From Candidatus Woesebacteria bacterium UBA5941 (GTDB taxonomy: Bacteria > Patescibacteriota > Microgenomatia > UBA8517): a stretch of 64,000 bases of DNA. The position numbers and the translations under genes are program-made. Positions within the stretch are counted from its first letter, which is position 1. Each line of letters opens with the position of its first letter. Location: the NCBI GenBank assembly GCA_002430735.1, contig DJCV01000010.1:7705-71704 (forward strand), written 5' to 3'. Positions 58,444-64,000 of this stretch are shown here, piece by piece. Below the pieces are notes generated by a model. That model did no database searches. It worked only from the letters and a program-made list of their open reading frames with translations, and was not told where the DNA came from.

Positions 58444-58982
58444 TGTAATTGAATTTCACCTGTTGAGCTTATCGTAATATCTTGTGTTCGCGCAGTAGTT
58501 GGACTATTCGCAACGGTTAATGTGACCTGATTTCCTTGGGGAATGTCCGTACCCATTTCAAGTGGGTGAAAGAGTATTGTAATAACCCCTGCAGTCGGTG
58601 TTCTGTTTATGGTAAGGAAGACTCCCGTTGGCAACGTGACAGTCTTGACCGTTGCTGATGTTGTTTGGCAGGCGGCGATTAAGGAGTAGGAAGTAGACCG
58701 CCCACCACCTGCGACAGCGCTCGCTGTGAAACTAACTTGATACCCCAAGAACTGGCCGGTACACCCTGTGATAATGCGGCCACCTGAAGCATTGGTTTGC
58801 GCAGTTCGTAAGTCACCAACTAAAATGCGTGCAAAATTGTCTACATCTTGCCGTCTACTGAAGTCACGAAAATTTGCAACTCCAACACCTGCTGCGAGAG
58901 CGATAATCACAATCACAATTAATAACTCAATAAGTGAGAAGCCACGAACGCGCATCATGGATTGCTTGCTTTGTAATAACAT
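58440..58982 (-). CDS. Prepilin-type minor pilin
   Basis: RGFSLIELLIVIVIIAL. Confidence 0.65.
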   Translation of the reverse strand: MLLQSKQSMMRVRGFSLIELLIVIVIIALAAGVGVANFRDFSRRQDVDNFARILVGDLRTAQTNASGGRIITGCTGQFLGYQVSFTASAVAGGGRSTSYSLIAACQTTSATVKTVTLPTGVFLTINRTPTAGVITILFHPLEMGTDIPQGNQVTLTVANSPTTARTQDITISSTGEIQLQ

Positions 58983-59431
58983 GTTCTACCGGTGCCACAC
59001 ACAGTGCTCCCGCAACTTTGAGCTACAGCCCCTGCAGGAGGTCGTTCTAAGGTAGAACACAAATCATAGCCTGAACCACCACCTGTTTGATTGTATTGAT
59101 AGCTCGCGCCGGCTAATGGGTCAGTTGGAACTTCTTTCATGTAAACATAGGAATTCAAACACTTTGATCCTGAGCTTAACGTTCCTTCGAGCTGTGTGCC
59201 AGCAACGATTTCTCCATTTGCAGGGTATCGATCACAATCCGCGCGATACAATTCAAGGGCAGTACGCAGGGATTCAATATCACTTTTTCTCCGTTGGTCA
59301 CGGGAATTTTCTCGTGCACCTGATAAACCAAAAATAGAGATCGCCATCATGAGCGCAATAATAGCGATGACAATCAATAGCTCAATAAGAGTAAATGCGG
59401 AATGTATTGGTGAATGTTTTTTTAAGGACAT
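58955..59431 (-). CDS. Prepilin-type pilin
   Basis: SAFTLIELLIVIAIIALMM. Confidence 0.65.
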   Translation of the reverse strand: MSLKKHSPIHSAFTLIELLIVIAIIALMMAISIFGLSGARENSRDQRRKSDIESLRTALELYRADCDRYPANGEIVAGTQLEGTLSSGSKCLNSYVYMKEVPTDPLAGASYQYNQTGGGSGYDLCSTLERPPAGAVAQSCGSTVCGTGRTCYYKASNP

Positions 59432-59859
59432 GTTCCGTTATTAATAGCTGTTGTTGCGGCACGTGTTCCAGTGGAACCATTTGAACAGACGAAATATATC
59501 TGTGCAGGAATCGGCTTCTCCAAGGTTCCCCAAATGACATACTGGGTGTTTGCAGCATTTGTACTATACGAATAGTGATTCGTAGTTGTAGGATCGTCGG
59601 TACACGGCACATTTCCAAGAGGGTTACTTCCACCACAGAGTGAAATCGCATTAACTGTCGGATTCCCATCAGGAAATACGCCATTATTTGCATTCGCATA
59701 ACTTTCAACTGCGTTTTGGAATTGTCTAATATCTGATTGTCTTCGAGCATCACGCGCTGCTGCCTGTCCGCCCGTTACACGAAGAAGGGTAAAGCCTGCC
59801 ATAATGCCAAGCATTGCGAGTACGATGAGTAATTCAATGATCGTAAACCCTTTCTTCAT
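59422..59859 (-). CDS. Prepilin-type pilin
   Basis: MKKGFTIIELLIVLAMLGIM. Confidence 0.7.
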   Translation of the reverse strand: MKKGFTIIELLIVLAMLGIMAGFTLLRVTGGQAAARDARRQSDIRQFQNAVESYANANNGVFPDGNPTVNAISLCGGSNPLGNVPCTDDPTTTNHYSYSTNAANTQYVIWGTLEKPIPAQIYFVCSNGSTGTRAATTAINNGTCP

Positions 59860-59899
59860 AATTCAGACTAGCACAGAAGATTCAGATCACACAATACAA

Positions 59900-60421
59900 T
59901 TATGGAGTTGCTGGAGGAAGCTCTGAATAGAGAATTGAAATGTCTCCGTTAGTACGGCCGGCGTTGCAAACGACATCCCCACATGAAATATTTCGGGCAA
60001 CAATTTGTGGATCGTACTCCTCGTCGTTTGTGCGCTCAAGTGCTGTATATATCTGGAATGTTTTTCCGTTACTGATATATACAAATCTTCTCCCTTTTTC
60101 ATTCGAATATGGGTCTTGAGGAAGAGGATCAAAAAACGGACTGTTTACTGAATTTTCACCCCACGTGCAGCTTTTAAAGAACCAACGACCTAATTCATCA
60201 CGGAAACCGTTACACCCAACAATTGCATAATTGTCATCTGAAAGCGGAAAAGTCGCCAGCGTTTTTTGAAAATCACCCACACGACGCACGATATCACCAA
60301 GCGCGTTTTTGCGTTCATTATCCCGACTCTTTCGATATGAAGCGGAAAGGTTTATAAGCGTTGCGCTCATAATGCAGATAATGACTAATCCAATAAAGCT
60401 AAATTCTCGTTTCGTTATCAT
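59900..60421 (-). CDS. Pilus-associated membrane-anchored protein (degenerate pilin-like N-terminus)
   Basis: REFSFIGLVIICIM has a hydrophobic N-terminus but lacks the canonical G/E positions. Confidence 0.4.
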   Translation of the reverse strand: MITKREFSFIGLVIICIMSATLINLSASYRKSRDNERKNALGDIVRRVGDFQKTLATFPLSDDNYAIVGCNGFRDELGRWFFKSCTWGENSVNSPFFDPLPQDPYSNEKGRRFVYISNGKTFQIYTALERTNDEEYDPQIVARNISCGDVVCNAGRTNGDISILYSELPPATP

Positions 60422-60424
60422 AAA

Positions 60425-61231
60425 TTAAAATAAATGTGGAGTGAGATATTGTAACAAATTGTTTCCATTAAGCATCGCAATCCACATACCAATTACTAAA
60501 AAGGGGCCAAACGCAATTTTAGCTTGCATACTGCTTTTCTTGAAAAGAATAAGTACTGACCCAACCGCAGCACCCAATACGAAACTCATAAATAACCAGA
60601 GGAGAACTAGTGGATATCCAAGCAACAACCCTCCAACAAGCGCAAACTTTACATCTCCTAGGCCCATACCACGACCCTTGGTTATTACATTCAGAAAGAG
60701 AAAGAAACTGCCTGATGCAAAACTGACAAACATACGTGACCACAAATCAGGGGACGGGGAAAACAGCAATACAAAAAATGTCACCAGCAATCCCGTAAAC
60801 ACAAATTCATCAGGGATAATCATCTCTTCAATATCAGTCACAATTATGCCGATTGATAGAAATGCTAAAAGCATTAAGAATACGAGGCCTATCAATCCAA
60901 ATGGCTGAAGCCAGGGGAGATTAGAAAGAATATATGGATATGACACAAATACGCCCACAAAAGAAGCGCCGGTTAAAAGCTCAATAAAGGGTTCACGCAG
61001 CGAAATGCGTTTGTGACAGTTTCTGCATTTTCCGCCTAACAGAAGAAAAGAAACGAGGGGAATATTGTCAAACCAGGAGATGGTGTGTTTACAGGATGGG
61101 CAAAAGGATCGACCTTTGGCAATTGAGATACCTCGTTCGATTCGCCACGTAAATGCACCAAGGAACGATCCTAAAAATAAACCTCCAATAAAAATAAAAA
61201 ATATAAGCATATCTATACAAACTACACACAC
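60425..61231 (-). CDS. pilD: Prepilin peptidase (A24 family)
   Basis: N-terminal zinc-binding CPSC...CRNC, polytopic membrane protein with a conserved Asp (GLGDVK). Confidence 0.85.
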   Translation of the reverse strand: MCVVCIDMLIFFIFIGGLFLGSFLGAFTWRIERGISIAKGRSFCPSCKHTISWFDNIPLVSFLLLGGKCRNCHKRISLREPFIELLTGASFVGVFVSYPYILSNLPWLQPFGLIGLVFLMLLAFLSIGIIVTDIEEMIIPDEFVFTGLLVTFFVLLFSPSPDLWSRMFVSFASGSFFLFLNVITKGRGMGLGDVKFALVGGLLLGYPLVLLWLFMSFVLGAAVGSVLILFKKSSMQAKIAFGPFLVIGMWIAMLNGNNLLQYLTPHLF

Positions 61232-61283
61232 CAGACATTAAGTAACTTTGCGAATTACCTAAGCTCTGGTGTGTGTTTGGCCA

Positions 61284-61844
61284 TTAGTTCTGCCATCCTG
61301 CGCTGTTTCCAGCGAGACCTGCAGCTGGTGCTGCGGCTCCGCACCACAAACCTCCTCGACCTGCAGCAGTTGAGTACACGAAGTACGCAGTTTGACCTGT
61401 TGCACATCGTGATGTATTTCTCGTTGCTTCAGCTTGAGTGAAAATTACAGCAGCAGCGGTCGTTGCATCGTAACAGAATCCGTTTTCACCAACACCTGGA
61501 CAAGCAGGAGTTGCAGCTAACGATGAATAAGCAACAGCACTTGGTACTACTTTCATTTCACCTGGGGTAACTAAACAGTTAGTGATCCAAGCTGCTCCGG
61601 AACCTCCTCCGACGGCACAAGTACCTGCAGCAGCGTCAGTGTTGTAAGTTCCACCAACTGCGGTAGCATGGGCTTCAACTGCGTGCCCGAGCTGTGCAAC
61701 AGTAGAAGATCGTCCAGCGTCTCGAGTAGCGGCTAATTGCTGAACTGGATTAAGAGCGAGTAACACAACAACGGCTAACGTACCTAAAATTGCAATAACG
61801 ATAAGTAATTCGATTAACGTAAAACCTTTTTGAAATCTTTTCAT
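61284..61844 (-). CDS. pilA: Type IV major pilin candidate
   Basis: MKRFQKGFTLIELLIVIAILGTLAVV. Gly/Ala/Cys-rich C-terminal domain. I use the internal Met at 61844. Confidence 0.75.
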   Translation of the reverse strand: MKRFQKGFTLIELLIVIAILGTLAVVVLLALNPVQQLAATRDAGRSSTVAQLGHAVEAHATAVGGTYNTDAAAGTCAVGGGSGAAWITNCLVTPGEMKVVPSAVAYSSLAATPACPGVGENGFCYDATTAAAVIFTQAEATRNTSRCATGQTAYFVYSTAAGRGGLWCGAAAPAAGLAGNSAGWQN

Positions 61845-61908
61845 ATAAATTCGTCCATTCACCTCCTTCTATTCAGTATTTTTCTTTCACACCAAAATGT
61901 CAATAGCA

Positions 61909-63114
61909 TCAGATTGCAGTTGTTAAATTATAGATAGGAAGTACCACCGCAACGACCAAAAATGCGACTCCTAATCCCAGGAAAATCATGATGATTGGTT
62001 CAATCGCAGAAGTTAATGCTTTGACCTTTTGTTCACTTTCAACTTCAAAAACGTGTGACACTTTCAGAAGAACTTCATCCATTTTTCCAGTTTCTTCTCC
62101 AACCGAAATCATTTGAGACAAAATATAGGGGAATGCCTCAGGATGCTTTGCAAAAGAGAACGCGATAGGAAACCCTTTTTCAATCTGTTTTCCAACTTCT
62201 TTCAGGGCATCTGCAATAATGACGTTATCAACGACCTCGTTGGTAACAGAAATTCCCTCAAGAATAGGAACCCCTGATGCCACCATCAACGCAAGTGTCC
62301 GGGTCAATTCTGTTAAGACGATCTGTCTACTTAGCGGTCCCATGATCGGGATCTTAAACATAAACGCTGCAAATTTTCGTTTTCCGGAATAGGTATTTTT
62401 CCAAATATTAAACGCCCATGCACCAATTCCAAGAATGATCAGAATAACAAACCACCACGCGAGGATGAAGTCTGATATACCCGTTAAGATGCGGGTCGTT
62501 AATGGCAATTCTGCGCCAAACTGGTCATAGAGCGTTGTCAGTTTCGGAATAACGAACACAATCATAACTAGAGACACACCAATCATTCCGATGACAATAA
62601 TAATCGGGTAAATCAATGCGCCTTTTACTTTTCCACGGAACTCTTGTTGGCGCTCTAAATTATCTGCCAATCGACCAAGTACCTTGTCTAAAACTCCTCC
62701 GGTTTCTCCAGCTTTTATTAAAGCGATATATGAGAGTCCAAAAATCTTGGTGTGACCTTTTAGAGAATTTGAAAAGCTTTGTCCACCTTCAACATCAGCG
62801 AGGATCTGACTAATAATAGGTTGCATTGCAGAGGTAGATTGTAACTGTAAAATAGAAAGCGACTCAGTAAGGGGAAGTCCTGCATTTACCATAGTGGAAA
62901 GCTGTCGGGTAAAGGCAACAACATCAGCAGTACTCACTCTATTCTTAAACTGCTGAAATGTTTGAGTAAAACTCCCCAAACTAACGGTGAGGCTTAAGAT
63001 AATATATCCACGATCACGAAGCAGCTTTGCAGCGAGTTGTTCATTCTGCGCTTCGACAACACCCGTGATTAATTTGCCTTGTTTATCTCGTACTTTATAC
63101 CTGAACTTTTTCAT
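61909..63114 (-). CDS. pilC: Type IV pilus platform protein PilC (GspF family)
   Basis: Two GspF repeats and three TM segments. 401 aa. Confidence 0.85.
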   Translation of the reverse strand: MKKFRYKVRDKQGKLITGVVEAQNEQLAAKLLRDRGYIILSLTVSLGSFTQTFQQFKNRVSTADVVAFTRQLSTMVNAGLPLTESLSILQLQSTSAMQPIISQILADVEGGQSFSNSLKGHTKIFGLSYIALIKAGETGGVLDKVLGRLADNLERQQEFRGKVKGALIYPIIIVIGMIGVSLVMIVFVIPKLTTLYDQFGAELPLTTRILTGISDFILAWWFVILIILGIGAWAFNIWKNTYSGKRKFAAFMFKIPIMGPLSRQIVLTELTRTLALMVASGVPILEGISVTNEVVDNVIIADALKEVGKQIEKGFPIAFSFAKHPEAFPYILSQMISVGEETGKMDEVLLKVSHVFEVESEQKVKALTSAIEPIIMIFLGLGVAFLVVAVVLPIYNLTTAI

Positions 63115-63124
63115 TGATTAAGAG

Positions 63125-64000
63125 TTAGCGCCTCAACATGCGTGAGAGCTGTTCAGGGCGAAGTGAATAATTTTGTGCGTCTTCGAAGCTAATTTTTCCG
63201 GCCTGGACCAGGTTCGCAAGAGAAGCTTCTAATGTTGCCATTCCGGCTTCGCTTGAAGTTTGAATAATTGAATCAATCTGGTGCGTTTTTCCTTCACGAA
63301 TGGCGGTTTTAATAGCTGTTGTGGCAAGCATGATTTCGTGTGCAACAACTCGCCCTACACCGGGAGAGGGGAGTAATCGCTGAGAGAACACAGCTTCAAG
63401 TACGTTTGATAATTGCAGTCGAACTTGGTCTTGTTGTTCGTGAGGGAATACATCAACAATACGATCAACCGTTTGCGCTGCTGAATTTGTGTGCAGGGTC
63501 GCAAACACTAAGTGTCCAGTCTCAGCAATCGTAAGAGCCGCTGCAATTGTTTCGTAATCACGCATTTCTCCAATGAGCACCACATCAGGATCTTCACGGA
63601 GAACAGAGCGAAGTGCAATATTCCATGAGTGAGTATCGTTGCCCATTTCTCGTTGAGAAATAATAGATCGATCTGCGTTAAAGATAAATTCCACTGGATC
63701 TTCAATAGTCACAATATGAACTGATCGATTCATATTAATTTCATTCAAAATTGCGGCTAGTGTTGTAGATTTTCCTTGCCCAGTAGGCCCGGTAATTAAG
63801 ATAAATCCTTGTTGAAGGGACGTGAAATTGTGAATAATATTCGGAAGGCCTAATGCATCAATGGTGGGAATCGTTGTCGGAATCAAACGAAATGCGGCTG
63901 CCCAGGAACCGCGCTGTGTATATGCATTCACACGGAATCGAGCTTTTTCACTAAAGGCTACTGAAAAATCTATTTCTTTATTTACAGCTAAACGCTCAAG
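63125..64000 (-). CDS. pilT: Twitching-motility ATPase PilT (5' end lies off the window)
   Basis: ARFRVNAYTQRGSWAAAFRLIP corresponds to the PilT ARFRVNAFNQNRGAGAVFRTIP stretch. Walker A GPTGQGKST. The reading frame stays open to the window edge. Confidence 0.9.
   Translation of the reverse strand, partial: LERLAVNKEIDFSVAFSEKARFRVNAYTQRGSWAAAFRLIPTTIPTIDALGLPNIIHNFTSLQQGFILITGPTGQGKSTTLAAILNEINMNRSVHIVTIEDPVEFIFNADRSIISQREMGNDTHSWNIALRSVLREDPDVVLIGEMRDYETIAAALTIAETGHLVFATLHTNSAAQTVDRIVDVFPHEQQDQVRLQLSNVLEAVFSQRLLPSPGVGRVVAHEIMLATTAIKTAIREGKTHQIDSIIQTSSEAGMATLEASLANLVQAGKISFEDAQNYSLRPEQLSRMLRR

Noticed and set aside
1-64000. Mobile elements or prophage
   Set aside because: I found no transposase, integrase, recombinase or phage structural genes. 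The DUF360 holin-like gene alone is insufficient to call a prophage.

Overview
This window reads as a compact, gene-dense chromosome segment from a small-genome bacterium, probably a Candidate Phyla Radiation (CPR)/Patescibacteria-like organism. The lineage call is an inference from three observations: the ThrRS, PheT and trigger-factor genes have reduced domain architectures, ribosome-binding sites are mostly weak, and there is a type IV pilus locus with no secretin gene in view. The content is almost entirely housekeeping. Replication and repair genes are the C-terminal part of dnaE, a short holA-like gene, ruvC, recG and a Y-family dinB. Translation genes are thrS, infC-rpmI-rplT, pheS-pheT, tyrS, rplS, rpmF, rpsP plus a KH-domain gene, nusB, rnc and tig. 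A glycolysis and gluconeogenesis module comprises a phosphohexomutase, a bifunctional PGI/PMI, ppsA, eno and gpmI, followed by pepF. Envelope genes include a class A PBP, an SPFH protein, a 1164-aa surface protein (PQQ-type sugar dehydrogenase propeller, two PKD domains and two LamG domains) and a large minus-strand type IV pilus locus (pilT-pilC-pilA-pilD, six pilin-like genes, a pilX-like gene, pilM-pilN-pilO). There are four tRNA genes: Phe-GAA, Cys-GCA, Val-GAC and Ala-GGC. I found no rRNA, CRISPR array, transposase or integrase. The observations I would follow up are: (1) a probable T-box riboswitch with a canonical antiterminator, 7-nt UGGA-ACC bulge and competing terminator in the thrS leader; (2) a weaker T-box-like attenuator before tyrS; (3) an orphan RimK-like ATP-grasp ligase paired with a coiled-coil protein next to tRNA-Val; (4) an Nramp-fold transporter with a substituted metal-site motif behind a ~350-nt structured leader; (5) two small ORFs upstream of dinB. 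Product calls rest on motif recognition by eye; no database searches were possible.
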